Assembly: GCF_001194135.2 (NCBI RefSeq)
Contig: NC_068994.1
Span: forward strand, 41,230,814-41,294,813
Origin: Octopus bimaculoides
Lineage: Eukaryota
Length of the DNA: 64,000 nt
Reading direction: 5' to 3'
The notes under the pieces were generated by a model. It worked only from the letters and a program-made list of their open reading frames with translations. It ran no database searches and had not been told where the DNA came from. Numbering within the stretch: position 1 is the first letter of the stretch; the number at the start of each line of letters is the position of its first letter. This document shows, in pieces, positions 35,611 through 50,147 of this stretch. Made by a program: the position numbers and the translations under genes.

Positions 35611-36152
35611 AATTAGTACTGTTTTTGTTATGGTTTTTAATTTGCATTTTCTCTTCAGAACCATTCATTCTTAAATTTTATTTTCCTTTCTGGTTTACTT
35701 TTATCAATATATTTATTTATTTATTTTCTTTTTAATGTTTTGCTTTCAGTGATCAAATATTAAACCTAAATCAGATTTAATTGTAAATAAACTCCAAATG
35801 AATATGAAAAAAGATTTTAATTTCAGTTTCAACAGCTTTTACGTGTGAATTAAAGTTTAGTTCTTTGAAAATAGATATCATTAAAGAAATAAATCACATT
35901 ACAAGAAAGATTTCTGCAAAGATTAATGCTTAAGAAAATGTAATGATATAAAATATATATATAATATTTTATACAATTTAATTTATTTGTTGTTTATGTA
36001 ATATTTTAGCATTCATTAAAAATTACTTTTAAATGATTTCTTTGTAGTACATTGGAATAATCTTTTGAGTGCTAATTTATATTAGGGAAATCTGAAAGGT
36101 TTGATTTGATTCTGAGTGGTTTCTTAATCCTATAAGAAATTTCATCATTTAA

Positions 36153-36187
<35 letters not shown>

Positions 36188-36642
36188 CATCATCATTATT
36201 ATTATTGTATCTTCTGAATGTTTATGTGATGTGAAAACTAATTAGATAAGTGAAATTGCATCAATAAATATTGACATTAAACAACATGAATTTACATGCA
36301 CCAAAGAATGCTTCCTAACCTACCTAGCTTAGGAATTCATGGATTTCATTCCAAACATTTATTTATCTGAATTGTAAATCTGTATAGCCTAGAATGAGAG
36401 ACAGAACTTATTACTCTATTATTCTTTTAGTTGTGATATTCATTGGGCCATATCCATGCTGGAGCATGGACAGGGCCCAATAGTAGAATGAAAATAATTG
36501 TAAAATTTGAGTTGATTGGGATTTTATGTTTTGGCTTATTTAGCCAGTAACTGGTTGTATAATCTGATGTAAAAATATTGTGATGTCCTAATTAATTTGA
36601 GATTTAATGTATGTGTGTGTATATATATATGTGCACATATAC

Positions 36643-36693
<51 letters not shown>

Positions 36694-36700
<7 letters not shown>

Positions 36701-37076
36701 CACAGATGAGATCCAGATATTCTCTGTATAGAAGACACTTACAAGTGCTCAAAAGATTCAAACTTAAACTCTATCGTCTTTACAGGGATCATTCCACAAG
36801 GTAAAGAAAGGCTACAAGACGTATTAAGTTGTGCAAGTATAAAGGTACTTATGCAGATAAACAAATTAGGTAATCAAATATATTAAATATATTAAATTCA
36901 TTAAATATATTAGTTTGGTTATGGAATACAAAAAATGTATATGTATATATATACATACATACAAAATGAGAAAAAGCAGATATTGATGACTTTCAGATGA
37001 TGAACTTTTAAGTATAAATATTTAGACATTCATATGAATAGGTCCAACTTACACAGAGTACAAACGACAGAGAAAA
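36694..37076 (-). mobile_element. Unclassified retroposon-like dispersed element abutting (TA)n
   Basis: A second, rearranged copy lies at 7673-7985. The shared end ...ctcatctgtg(a/g)actata runs into TA/TG microsatellite in both copies. Strand is inferred from this shared end. Confidence 0.65.
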
Positions 37077-37120
37077 TTAAAGGGAAGGAAGGGAGATGTT
37101 ATATATATATATATATATAT

Positions 37121-37207
37121 GGTGTAGCCATCCGGTTGCACCAGTCCTCAGTCAAATCGTCCAACCCATGCTAGCATGGAAAGCGGACGTTAAACGATGA
37201 TGATGAT

Positions 37208-37209
<2 letters not shown>
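37121..37209 (+). mobile_element. Family D 5'-truncated young copy inside (TA)n
   Basis: Nearly identical to 41247-41336. (TA)n on both sides. Confidence 0.9.
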
Positions 37210-37280
<71 letters not shown>

Positions 37281-37404
37281 TCCCACACACCGACCCACAC
37301 ATATATGCACATACATACATATATACATACATATGCATACGTATACACACACACACACACACACACACATAATATACATATATATATACATATATATACA
37401 TACA

Positions 37405-37444
<40 letters not shown>

Positions 37445-39186
37445 CACAAGGTTGAAAGCATGGTCAAGGTGAACATATCAGTTTGAGGTTGAAGGAAAAG
37501 GTGATATGAATGGGACAGAGATGAGGTGATGCTGGTATTGGGATTTATGAGGTGTTCAGGGAAAAGAGGTAATCAGTGTAAAAATACTATGATAAGGGAT
37601 GATATTGAGGGTACAGAATGGATGGCAGCGAAGAAGGTACTTGGAAGGTAGTACAAATTGGAAATAAAACATGTGCAGTTCAGCTCTCATATAGTTACAG
37701 CATTTGGGTAAACAGAGCTGTTGCTAGAAGAGTGAAGGTGGAACCTGCATTAGGAAGATGAGTTATGGAGAACACTCAACAGGGATTGATTGAGTGTAAC
37801 AATATGCTTTAAGGAGCTCATTTTTTGCTGAGATGGATGGTTTTTATCAAGCACAATGATTTGATAATCATCTCTTCATTGTCATCTCTTTCATGAGGTT
37901 CAATATTCTGAGAGTGGTCTCCACTACTTTATCTAACATCCTCCCGGAGCTCCCTCTTCCAAACATTCCATTTACATTAAGTGGTCAGTACTTCTTTATA
38001 TATCTACATTTCACATGACCATGCCAACACAATCTTTTCTTTTGCATTCTACATGTGATGCCTTTTATTCACAAATTGTCTCTCAACTAATTTGTACTTG
38101 TTGTGTATGCACACTGATGTTGCACAACCAACAAGCATGTTTGCTTCATTTCTTTTCTGGTTCTCACCTGTCCTCTGAATTTACAGCCTATGTTTAATCA
38201 CCATCCAGCATTACTGTTCATATGCAAGCTTCATATAATTGGCCTTCCACTTAATGAGAGAGGGCTTGTTACCAACAGAGGTAATATCTCTCAGAACTTT
38301 CTGCAACTAGTTCTTATTCAAGCAACTATAGTTTCAGAACATCTGCTTTCACTGCTAATTTGGTTGCCAAGGTAACAGAAGCTATCTGCTATCTCTAAGG
38401 ATCCTCTTAAGCATATGAGAAGAAGTATTTCCCTCATCTGTTCTTAACTTTTAGAGCTTCCTATGCATTTGTCACAAATAAGGTCTACCTTTCCTTTTAT
38501 CCTTTTTTTAATTCCATTACACCTCTTATGTAACCTTAGTTTGCTTTGGCTATTCCATATTGAATTTCTACCGTCATCTTTTCTATACATTGAACAGGAT
38601 TATTTTCATGAAAGGGTTGGCATCTTGTCAGTTTTTTGCTTACTGGAAACTTGGCCTTTCCTAAGTTAACCTTGATTCCAGGTTTTATTTCTACACCTGG
38701 AATTTCTTTTCTAATTCTATTTCAGATTCAGGGATAAGAACAAGGTCATCAGCATAGAAGAGTTCCTACAGATGATCAGTTTTAAACTGCTATGTTATGG
38801 CCTGGAGGATTATGATAAATAGGTGGTAACTAAGAAGCAAGTCCTGCTGAATTCGCCGGTGCACACAAAATTCATTACTTTATTCACAAACTCTTGTATT
38901 GCTGCCAGTACTCATCCATGTAACTTGAATGGTTCTCATCAGCCTTTCATCTACTCCTAGCTACCATAGTGACCACATGATCAGAGAGTAAGGGATGCTG
39001 TTGAAAATCTTTTTCCAGACTGACAAATGCTAAGTTCAATGGTTTACTTTTCAAAAATCTCTGCAGGTGCATTACTAGCAAGATAGCATCGGTAATACTT
39101 CTGACTAGCACAAAACCTAAGTGCATCTCAACTTCAATAATTTTCTCACTGATTAGTTGAGTTATAACTCTTTCTGTAACTTTCAT
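37445..39186 (-). mobile_element. 5'-truncated, decayed RTE-like LINE (RT domain plus 3' UTR)
   Basis: ORF 38947-39186 (HLGFVLVRSITDAI...KPLNLAFVSLEKDF) is a decayed QFGF..GRSTTDAI...LAFVDLEKAF. Downstream remnants match LSPLLFII, YADDL, FRELL and LERNE. Many stops and frameshifts. Confidence 0.85.
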
Positions 39187-39630
39187 ATATATATATATAT
39201 ATATATAAATTAAGAAATGGAGTCAAACACAGCTGTTATTCAAATCATTTATACTTCCAACATATGTTTCAAAGAAAGCATTGAGATTATTCTGGAAGGA
39301 ATAAAAATTATGTAAAATAATGCAATCATCTCATCAGGGAAAAAAAGAGAAACAAAACACATCAATAAGCCATTTTAATGGAATGTGATTACCATGTATA
39401 TGATGGAGAAAGCTGGCAAGTTTTTTTTAAAAAACCATTAATAGATTTAATGTCAAAGGTAATTTAAAGAAAGAGAAGGAGGAGAAAAAAATTAGCATAA
39501 AATTAAGAGTGGAGAAATATAGAGTGATTGATGAATGGGAATAAAGCTTAAAAGCATGGAAATAGATATATGTAGTAGAAATGAAATGTAAGAAGACAGT
39601 GAAAGGTCAAATTTGATAGATTGGTAGAAA

Positions 39631-39820
39631 TTACTTGTAGGAACTAAAGGTAACTTTTCGCCAATGTTTACAATGATAAATGCATTCTTTAAATGTGTTT
39701 ACAAGAGTATTCTACGAGAAATTGTTCTTTGTTATAGAGCGGATAAAAAAATTTACCTTTGTCATAGGGGAAGGATCTAGATAAAATTTTCCATTCCAAA
39801 TCGAATTGTGTATGTTCCTT
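39631..39820 (-). mobile_element. Penelope-like element, GIY-YIG-associated C-terminal remnant
   Basis: Minus strand reads HTQFDLEWKILSRSFPYDKGK and, after a frameshift, ECIYHCKHWRKVTF..*. This resembles the WxIL....PY....C..C / E...C.H..K tail of Penelope-like ORFs. Confidence 0.55.
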
Positions 39821-40439
39821 TAGAGACCAAAGGTCATGACACTGGCAATAGCCACGATTATGATTTCACAAGTGCTATTCACATGACACTGGCAATGGCT
39901 ATGAAAATGATTTTATTTGGCGTGACGAGTCTTCTCAAGCACAGCATATTGTCAATGGTCTTGGTCATTTGTCATCACCTTCATTAGGCCCAACATTCAA
40001 AGATCATGCTTCACCACCTCGTCACAAACATATATTTATACATATGAAGGGACAAAAATAAATTTGAGTATTGGACAGCAGAATCACTTGAAACCTCACA
40101 CTTGTATTGTCTTATTTATTTATTTTGGTGATGTAAAACAATTTACATTTGTATCTAATAAGGTCTAATGGCAATTTAAGAATTTAATTGGTGGGGAAAT
40201 TAATGTTTTTAATAGGCTAAAAAAAACAGGCATAGTCTTCTATGGTACTACAATGCTAAAAATAAAAGAGAAAATAATATATTTCTAATCAGTATGTAAA
40301 CATTTTCAAACTATAAAAGGTCTTAAGATCAAATATTTAAATCTAGTGCTGACATATGACAGCATTGCTGCCAAATCCTACATTAAAACTAAGCTTCTTT
40401 GTTTTCATCCAGTTATATTTATTGATCATTGAACTTGTT

Positions 40440-40710
40440 TCTAACCTTCTTGATACCAGTCTGCCCAAGAAATCTCATACTTCATGATGCAAATTCACAA
40501 TTTTAAAGTGGTCTAAATTAAAATTTTCCATTAAAATTTCATCTTAATTTTTGTTTGAAACACCAGCTTGATAATGATGCAAGTGTGACTGTGTGGTAAG
40601 AAGCTTATTTCTCAACATGGTTTTGGGCTCAATCCTACTGTGTGACACCTTGGGCAAGTGTCTTCTACTATATCCTCAGGTACACCAAAACCTTATGAGT
40701 GGATTTGAGG
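40440..40710. mobile_element. Partial MITE-like repeat abutted by the 5' part of a SINE family B copy (about 40578-40707, +)
   Basis: taaccttcttgatacca... start, also seen decayed at about 42437-42560. The SINE head gtgtgactgtgtggtaagaagc begins at about 40583. Confidence 0.55.
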
Positions 40711-41107
40711 AATGTTGGCCTGCTCACCTAACCAGTAGGTTGGCGTCATTTGAAGGTTAAAACAATGCAAAAATGCATTGTGACCTGCGATGTGTAACAT
40801 CTGAAACTCTGGTCAGTTATGTGATCATATGATATAATATATATATATCAATGCTTAGAATTCCTTTTCAACCAGGGGATACTACTGAAACATATATGTA
40901 GGCTTTTTCCCCATTTTTTGAGCTTTACAAATTATAATTTTTTATTTATGCTGTTATGTTTTTAAAAAAACTTTTCAATATTTTTATATCATACAAATAA
41001 ATTATTAATACATCCACTTTTTCTCCATTTTCTTTCCTTCAATATTAATAATATGTATTACTACAATAATCCTTAACATATAGCAGTGACTTTTATATTA
41101 TATGATA

Positions 41108-41336
41108 GTGGCACATAAAAGACACCATTTCCAGCGTGGCCGTTTTCGTGTGGGTGACACGTAAAAGCACCCACTACACTCTCTGAGTGGTTGGCGTTAG
41201 GAAGGGCATCCAGCTGTAGAAACTCTGCCAAATCAGACTGGAGCCTGGTGTTGCCATCCGGTTTCACCAGTCCTCAGTCAAATCGTCCAACCCATGCTAG
41301 CATGGAAAGCGGACGTTAAACGATGATGATGATGAT
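41108..41336 (+). mobile_element. Young 229-bp copy of (GAT)n-tailed retroposon family D
   Basis: Many intact CpGs. Ends ccatgctagcatggaaagcggacgttaaacgatgatgatgatgat. It is the best-preserved copy and serves as the reference for the other D copies. Confidence 0.85.
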
Positions 41337-41411
41337 TAACCAGTGGAATATTTTGGATTATATAATTCCTAATGCGGATCTAACTTCCTCAAATTAACTA
41401 TACATACATAC

Positions 41412-41446
<35 letters not shown>

Positions 41447-42835
41447 GTGTGTGTGTGTATGTATATATATGTGTGCATGTCCTCACATCACATGATGATT
41501 TTAAATGAATGTCACCATCAAGCAAGTGGTGTCCTTCATTTCCAGTTTTCTGTGAAAACAATTTTAGCCATGGAGAAATACCGCCGTACTTGAAAACAGG
41601 TAAGGGTTGGTGACAGGAAGAGCATCTAACTATACAAATCCAACTCAAAAAATTCCATCTGACATACAAACATGGAAAAGTGGACGTCAGAACAAATACA
41701 ATGGTGGTGGTGGTGATGATGATGATGATGATGACGATGGTTGTGGTGGTAGTGGTGGTGATGATGATGATGAGAGTGTTGATGATGATGGACAAATGTT
41801 AGCTGCCAAGAATACAGTAATATATGAACTGTGGTAAGAAACTCTCCCTTTACCATTCCTTTTTATTCTTCTCTTCAATAATACCATATCTGCTAAAATT
41901 AAAAATTTTATTCATGGTTATTTTATCTTTAATAGATATTTTTCTGATAGCATCATTGTGTTGCTAACATTCAATTAACGTTATCTTCATTAATTTCTAA
42001 ACTGCCATTTATGCCTCAATCCATAATCTTAGAATTAAAAAATTGCCAAGCAGAAATGATATTTATATATATATATTTATCATTTATTTGTTTTCCATTT
42101 TTATATCTGGCTTGAATAAAAGAGAAGTGGTTGTGTCTATCCTCGTGCTTAGCTTTAGGGAAGATACTGGTGCTAATAATTTCAAAGAACATGTTTTCTC
42201 TATCATTAAGTAATGCTATCAAGTCATGACAATAACACAAGAAGGCAGTTATTGGGAACCAAAAAAGGTAAAAAAAAATGGTTTAAAAAAACGTTATAAA
42301 ATTATTAACATTCTTTGAATGACAAATATTCAAAGATTTTGAATTTTCTATATATTTTAAAGTAGGAGAAAAAGAATTTTGCTGTTCATATTTTTTGCAG
42401 CAATACATATTTAGTTGAAGAGTGACATTGACTTTAACCATTTTGATACCAATTTGTTTGAGTCTGATCTTGATTCACTCATATGTAATCATACATGCTG
42501 TTCTAAAGCAACTAGAGTTAAATTAAAACCTCCTATTACAATTCCATGTAAGACCCATTTTTTTCAGTTATGTCCCAAACACCAGTTTAGCATCTTATAT
42601 TACTCTTTCCCTCACCCATCCCTGCCACCTGCTCCACCCACCCTATTACCAATATCACATAGTCCCGTCCACTGTCTCTCTTACACTTTCCTCCTTTCCC
42701 CTTCTCTTTTCCCTCTACTAATACCTTAAGACAATTACTTCTGTTATTTTTTCCAATTACCATCCTCTCATAATATATCTGTTCCTTTTCATCTAAAGTT
42801 GCTCGTTTTCACTCAGCAAACTAAATGGTAATCCC

Positions 42836-43146
42836 AACAGTGCCGGTGCCACAAAAAGACACCAATGCATTCTATGGTAATCAATTTAAACAGTGACAAC
42901 ATAAGGCTTGATATGGCTCTTTAGTCTTGCTGATTAAAAGGTAATCTCTATAGTGTTGGTGCCATGAAAAATACACACATTGCATTCTGTAAAATGGTTG
43001 ATGTTAGGAAGAGCAACAAAATCTATGCCAAAAATGAGATATGGGTAGAAGACATTGTTCTCTAATCCATTGAATCTTGTCAAACCATCCTAGTCATGCC
43101 AACACGGAAAGTAGTTGTATGGTGGTGGTGATGATGATGATGATGA
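42836..43146 (+). mobile_element. Family D, strongly decayed copy
   Basis: gtgccggtgccacaaaaagacacc...gttaggaagagc...catgccaacacggaaagt...(GAT)n. Confidence 0.6.
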
Positions 43147-43454
43147 TATGTTTGATCACAGCTTTTCAGGAAAACAAAGGAATCTCTTATTTGTTGATAA
43201 GGAACATAATATAATAAAGGTAAATTAGTATATTAATGGATTCACCAATGTAGTACAGAACATAAATCAAATAGATTCTACAGCTTTCAAGCACTTGATA
43301 GCTTCTAAACTATATTAAAATTTAAAGCTTCCTTTTATTTTCTAATTGCTTCAGTCATTAAACTGCAACCTAACCCCAATCGTCAAGATGGGGAGTGGTG
43401 TGATAAGCACAGACCCAACTCTTGCACAGGTGCCTGTAATATGTATATATATCA

Positions 43455-43704
43455 AGCCAAGTGAAATTGTAATCATGGCAGATACTGGTATCACACAACT
43501 GGCACCCATCTGGTAACATGTAAAAGCATCCAAAACCCTTTTGAAATGGTTGGCATTAGGAAGGGCATCCAGCCATAGAAACCATGCCAAATCAGACTGA
43601 AGTCCGGTGCAGCCACTCAGCTTACCAGCCCTGGTTGAACTATGGAACCTATGCCGACATGAACAAGAGATGTTAAATGATCTTGATGATGAAGATGATG
43701 ATGA
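43455..43704 (+). mobile_element. Family D decayed copy between TA tracts
   Basis: ggttggcattaggaagggcatccagccatagaaaccatgccaaatcagactg...gttaaatga..(GAT)n, with TA runs on both sides. Confidence 0.75.
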
Positions 43705-45637
43705 TATATATATATATATATATATATACTTTTATTAAAGCTGCAAAAGTTACAGACTTTACCAAGAATTTATAACATTAAGGATAATAGTTTTTCTTTA
43801 TTCTTTTCAATGCTATTTGTTACTTCATCCTTTAATAATAACAATAAAAAATACATTATTATTATTATTTTGTAAATTACAAAGTGATGCTAATAATTCA
43901 AAAATTATTAGAGAACAATAGCACGGTAGGTATCTGTGAACAACACCTATATAATATAGTGTGAAAGGTCAGAGTTAGTTGTTTCATAGGAAAAATTAAT
44001 TAAATAAACTGGTTGTCATCATCATCATCATCATCATCATTATTATTATCATTCTTCTTCTTATAATTATTATTATTATTATTATTATCTTCTTGTTTCT
44101 CTTCATCCCACTTTGTTTTTATTATCTTTATCATTTCTTTCATCATTATCATTATATTTTACGAAGTGATTTAGAACAGAAAAATACGTGCCTGACAGCT
44201 TTTAAATAAACCATATCAAATTTATTCTATTTCCTGAAACTACTTAAAAAATTGCTGTTCCTTTTGTGTTCATATCATGTATGACAGAGAAATAAAAAAG
44301 AATATTGGAGAAAGGTGTAATATAACTTTTAAATTGAATGGGAAACAAATGCTGTAAGGTGATACAAAATTGCACAAAGGAAATTACAATCCTCATACAG
44401 ATATAGATTGTTTTTCTTGATGTCTTTCACCGAATTTAATGATCATCATTAGATAAAATGAATAAAAATGGGTTTTTCATAACTATCTTATTTAGGCATT
44501 CAATCAGTGTTATAGTTTTGTCAGATCATGGCACCATGTTAATATAATCTTAGCTTAAGTCACATTTGAGATTTGTCATATAGAAAGCATATCAAAAGTT
44601 TGTTACATTGTAATGGGATTTTGTGGTAGCATAAGAATATAGTAAACGAAAAACCAGATGAATGTTAACGTAGTCTGCATATAAGTATTTTTCACCACAT
44701 TAAAGGCACTTTTGAGAAGTGGTTTCTGCTATTGTCTCAGTAATCTGATACCTCTTGAGTGGAATTTGGTATGCAGAAACCTTACAGGAAATCTCATGTC
44801 TTTGTGTGTGAGTCTGTGTAGATGTGTGTATGTATGTGAATGTGTATATGAATGACTGTGTGCACACATGCATATTTGCGTGTGTGTATGTATATGTATA
44901 TATATATGTATATGTCCATATACATTTATATTCTCTTATTGATTCTTATAACTTTAAATGTCATTGGTCTGTATGGGATGTACTCATGCACAAATACCCA
45001 CTTGTATACTCACATTCACACCGTCATCATCATTTTTGCATCACATTTTCCATGATTTCATGAGTCAGATAAGACTCGCTGGCACATTGTTCTACAGCCA
45101 GATGGTCTTCCTATTGCTAAAACTGAACTGCTTTGGCATGTGAAGTGCATTTACTGCACTTTTCATCACCCATATTAACACCTGATTAGTAATTATCATT
45201 CATTTCCATATTGTGTTGGCAGTAAGCCAATACATGAATATATTATAATGAATATCTTCTGTAAGAAGTGAAACCGGTTACTAATTATGTAATTTGAAAT
45301 ATTTGATTATGTTTCCATGTAATCAGGGACTTTGGAATATTTGATAACATATTTTGAAATAATTTGAATGTAAAATTTATTTCAGAATTTTGATTTCATA
45401 CTAATAAATTATGAATACAACATGATATTTCAGAATATGTACTATTATACTTTGATCTTAACGGAACCTACTAAGGCAAGCCAACATGCTAGTAACGTTA
45501 CCACAGGTGGTGGTGAGGCTAAGACATTAGAATTGCCATGCACCCTCATGGACATTACATGGTGCCTCAATAAGGCGAGCTGCTAACTATGACAAGAAAT
45601 TTGCAATTAGCAGCCCAGCCCCTCCAAATGTCTCAAA

Positions 45638-45873
45638 TACATTTATTTCTTTTTTGCCCACAGGGGCAAAACATAGAGGGGACAAACAAGGACAGAGAAA
45701 GGGATTAAGCCAATTACATCGACCCCAGTGCATAACCGGTACTTATTTAATCGACCCCGAAAGGATGAAAGGCTAAGTCGACCTCAGCAGAATTTTGAAC
45801 TCAGAAGGTAAAGACAGATAAAATACTGTTAAGCATTTCGCCCAATGTGCTAACATTTCAGCCAGCTCACCGT
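45638..45873 (-). mobile_element. SINE family A (variant tail), well preserved
   Basis: gaccccgaaaggatgaaaggc...gaactcagaa...gccagctcaccg, with a different 3' tail (gaggggacaaacaaggacag). Confidence 0.85.
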
Positions 45874-46479
45874 CTCAAACACAACATTGCTAAGTGAGCA
45901 CTACTCTAACTATGTAGCTGTGAATTTGTTGTAATTGCTATGAGAAAGGATTTGGATTTATTGTGTCTGTGAAATACAGGGTTGAATGTGAGATGCCCCA
46001 AACCAATTCATGTAGCTGTCTCACCACCACTGCTATTTAAGGGGGTTAATTTCTCGTTCTTTTTTGTTCCATTTTTTTTATTACTATTTATTGCTCTTTA
46101 TTCATTACTGTGTCTTTATTGTTATAGTTGATCTCACTCTTTAACCAAAGATAACTCGTCTATATTACTATTTTTTGATTGTTGTCTTCTATTGAACTTT
46201 TATTTTTGTACTGTTCCCAACATCTTGGGCTCTTGTGACCAATGAAGGCAATCATTATTTATATAATAGATTATCACATAAATAATAATATATTTAATTT
46301 CCGCTATTTAGCTCATTCTTTTTATTTGATTTCGCTGATTTTAGATTTTTCTTTATTCTTCTTTTTAATGTTTTTTGCAGTGATTTACTTTGCACTATTA
46401 TCTTCTGCTATTATTGCAAAGGCTTAGTTAAGAATGTCCTCCATCAAATCCCCATCTACAACTTTAAGCAAACTATTAT

Positions 46480-46810
46480 TCTACAATCATCGTCATCATC
46501 AATCATAATCATCATCATCATCATTATCGTTGTCATCATCGTCGTCATCGTCATCGTCATTATCCACATCATCATTTTTATGTTTGATTCATTACATTTC
46601 GACTTCCTTTCCAGAGTAAATGATTCAGTGTCAATCATTATGTTGTATCTATATGATAAATCGTTATTGCATGAACTGTTAACTGTTTTATATAATCAGC
46701 CATTATTCTTCATCATCGTCATCATTACTATCATCATTATCCTCATAGCTACACCACCAATACCAGCATCATCATTATCCTCCTCCTCCTCATCATCATC
46801 ATCATTAACA
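46480..46810. repeat. (CAT/CGT/CCT)n compound arrays, ending in a reverse family D fragment (about 46800-46945)
   Basis: Triplet tracts, then tttagtgtccgtatgtcatgctggaataggtcgaatgg. Confidence 0.65.
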
Positions 46811-47199
46811 TCATAATCATTTAGTGTCCGTATGTCATGCTGGAATAGGTCGAATGGTTTAACAGGATCTGTCAGACCAAAGAACTGCATCAACCCCCAA
46901 TGTTTGTTCTGAAATAATTTCTATGGCTGGATACCCTTCCAAATGACAATCTGTTTATAAAGTATCCTAAGCATGGGCCTGGGAAGAAGGGGTGCAGGTA
47001 GTGCAAGTGCACTCCCTAGAATTTTTACACTGAAATAGGTTTTACCTTTCGTCCTTTTGGTGGGGGTCAATAAAATAAGTACTAGTTGAGTACTGGGGCC
47101 GATCAATGTAATTGACTTAAACCCTCCCTGAGATTGCTGGCCTTGTGCCAAAATTTGAAGCCAATATTTTGTTTACTTTTTACTTTTGTAATTGTTTTG

Positions 47200-47935
47200 C
47201 TTTATTTAGTATAATTTCTTTTGGAGGCAGTTTCTGTATAAGATGTTGCCATTACTGGCTTGCAGTTAGACAGTAAAATAAATATTTAAAAAATCTATTT
47301 TCAAAACTGGTCATATTAAATGTTCCAGTATTGGGTAGATATCCTAAAAATATTCAATGATAATCTTTGTTTGAAAAAATATTCAGAATGAAAATTGGTA
47401 TTGTAACCACCTTGAGATGTCACATTTTTTTGATTTCAATGAGCAAGTCTTTATATTTTCTGAGCTAGTCAAATTCTTTTGCTGAGATATTATGATCACA
47501 AGGAATATTCATGTTGATCAACGAACAGGCTTTATTATATTGGACTTTTAAAAAAATATCCAGTTTATTAGGTTTGACGATTTGGCCTGTATGTACTGTA
47601 AAGTCTCAAATTATTACATTTTCTTCCTCTGTTACAACCTAAGGGTGGTGCCTATACCACTTGTCAACAGTTTTGATTTTATAATGCCGACAATGTAGAT
47701 ATTGACCAATAGTGTCATGTCTTGATTTATACTCTGCTGCTGCTAAAACTCTACATTCAGAGATTAGGTGGTCCCCTGTTTCAATCTCATCATCGTGGAC
47801 AGATCCACTCCATTTTTCATCACATTAGCTTGGTAGTTACAGGTCAATAAACTTTGATATTAAGCACCTAACATGACGCCTTCGCTCTCTGCCTTTAGCC
47901 CTAAGCTCCATAGCCACTGATGGGTGTACATCTGG
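47200..47935 (-). mobile_element. R4/Dong-like non-LTR fragment with CCHC-region and RLE remnants
   Basis: Minus strand reads GLKAESEG...ETGDHLISECRVLAAAEYKSRHD...WYRHHP...DF..., then KLDI..INMNIPCD...KYKDLLIEIKKM..L. Frameshifted; not in the ORF track. Confidence 0.75.
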
Positions 47936-47993
47936 TTTATCATCTTCATCCTCCTCCTCCTCCTCCTCTTCATCATCATATCAGTATATTAAA

Positions 47994-48205
47994 GGACTGA
48001 GCTGGCAGAATTATTCACACACTGGGAAAGATGGTTGTGGATTTTCCTCTGTCTTTATATTCTGTGTTCGAATTCCACCGAGGCTTACTTTGCCTTTCAT
48101 CCTTTCAGGGTCGAGAAATTAAGTACCAACGAAACATTGTGGATGATGTAATCAACTAGTCCCCTCCCTACAAATTTCAGGCCTTGTGCCTATGGTAGGA
48201 AGGAT
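47994..48205 (+). mobile_element. SINE family A
   Basis: From gactgagctggcagaatt to ggccttgtgcctatggtaggaagg, then (ATT)n. Confidence 0.8.
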
Positions 48206-48674
48206 TATTATTATCATTATTATTATTATTGTTGTTGTTGTTATTGTTATTGCTACGCATAAGTACTAAATTAATATTCAATTTTTGCAGAATTCTTTCA
48301 ATAGAAACTGTATCTTAACTTGTTTATTAAAAGAATACTATTGCATGCTTGTGCATACACATTGATAAACATTCACACACATTCATGTACACACAACAAC
48401 AACAACACTAAAGACAACAAAACATCGTCAACAACAGCAAATGCATAAACATATTGGTTTCAGATATTCATCTAGCTGAATGTGACCACTAGAGATCTAT
48501 TACCTATCACAATGGTAATACTTTTTTAGCACTCTCAGTCTTCATATAATTACCATAAGCATGCTCTATATGTAGTGCATGTGTGCAACATATGGGTGCA
48601 GATGACTTAAACACCCACTATTCATTTATTCACATATGTATATATGTATATGTATACATACGTATATACACACA

Positions 48675-48718
<44 letters not shown>

Positions 48719-49313
48719 CATACATATAAATACGCATATATATGCATATATATATTCACATATATGATAGATATATATATATATATATATATATACATAT
48801 GCATATGTGTATATATATCATACACACACACACATACATGTACATGCATACATCTATATGCATATATGTACGTGTGTTGGGGGTGTGTATTTAATATCCA
48901 TATCTACATCTGCTTTTTATAAGGCAGCAATATACAGCAACTGCCTTTCTTATTTCTCTTCAATAAGTTCTAACTTCTATTTTGTTCAGGAGATATGAAA
49001 TGGACCAAGTGAAATTCTTATTTCAAACTGGGGCATTCATCATGTCATTTGCATAAGAAAGAACAAGAAAATTTATCTAAGAAGCCTTTTCTATCTTGAT
49101 TTATATATACATATATATAGAAAATATATAAAATACATACACATACATGCACGTATGCAGTTTTATATCTGCATGTGTGCATGTGTGTGTATGAATATAT
49201 ATATGTATATATATATAATATATATGTATATATATATATATAATATATATATGTATATATATGTATATATATATGTATATATATATATATAATATATATA
49301 TGTNNNNNNNNNN

Positions 49314-49370
<57 letters not shown>

Positions 49371-49764
49371 CATATATACATATATACACAAACATATATA
49401 CCTGTTTATGTATATGTATGCTGTCTATCTTTTTTTATAAATGCATTTATATTTTTCACTTCCATTATAGCCCTCATTGCAATTTTACTTTTCTTTAAAT
49501 TTATCTAAACCATATATTCATATTTATTACTTTTTCCATTTGGATATTTTTGAGTGGAAACAGAAATATTTCCAATTTTCCAGTTGGCATGACTTCTTGT
49601 TAGTGAAAACACTTTGCTTTAGTAGCAATTCTCCATTGTTGTAATTCAAATGCCAACAAATCACACACGTCATTGCTTAGACTTTCATGTAAATTAATTC
49701 AGCTGTGCTTCTTTTGCAAAAGGAAAAAGTTGAAATTTTATATACATATATATGCACACACGGG

Positions 49765-49797
<33 letters not shown>

Positions 49798-49937
49798 TTA
49801 GAATATATATATATATATCTATAAATATAAAAACATACTATATATATAGTGTATGTAGGTATAAATCATATACCTGTGCAAATATAGTATATGTGTGTGT
49901 ATATGTATATATATGTATGCATATGTGTGTGTGTTTG

Positions 49938-49978
<41 letters not shown>

Positions 49979-50034
49979 ATATATATATATATAACTGAGC
50001 ATAGTGAAAAATATGTATGAACTTATGTATATGA

Positions 50035-50065
<31 letters not shown>

Positions 50066-50083
50066 CATACATACATACATACA

Positions 50084-50119
<36 letters not shown>

Positions 50120-50147
50120 TAGATATATATGTATATATTCATATATA

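Noticed and set aside
36714-36800. Plus-strand exon (cacag|ATG...ACAAG|gtaaag) or 15-nt microexon
   Set aside because: The same sequence, including the apparent splice sites, recurs inverted at 7862-7985, so it belongs to a dispersed repeat.
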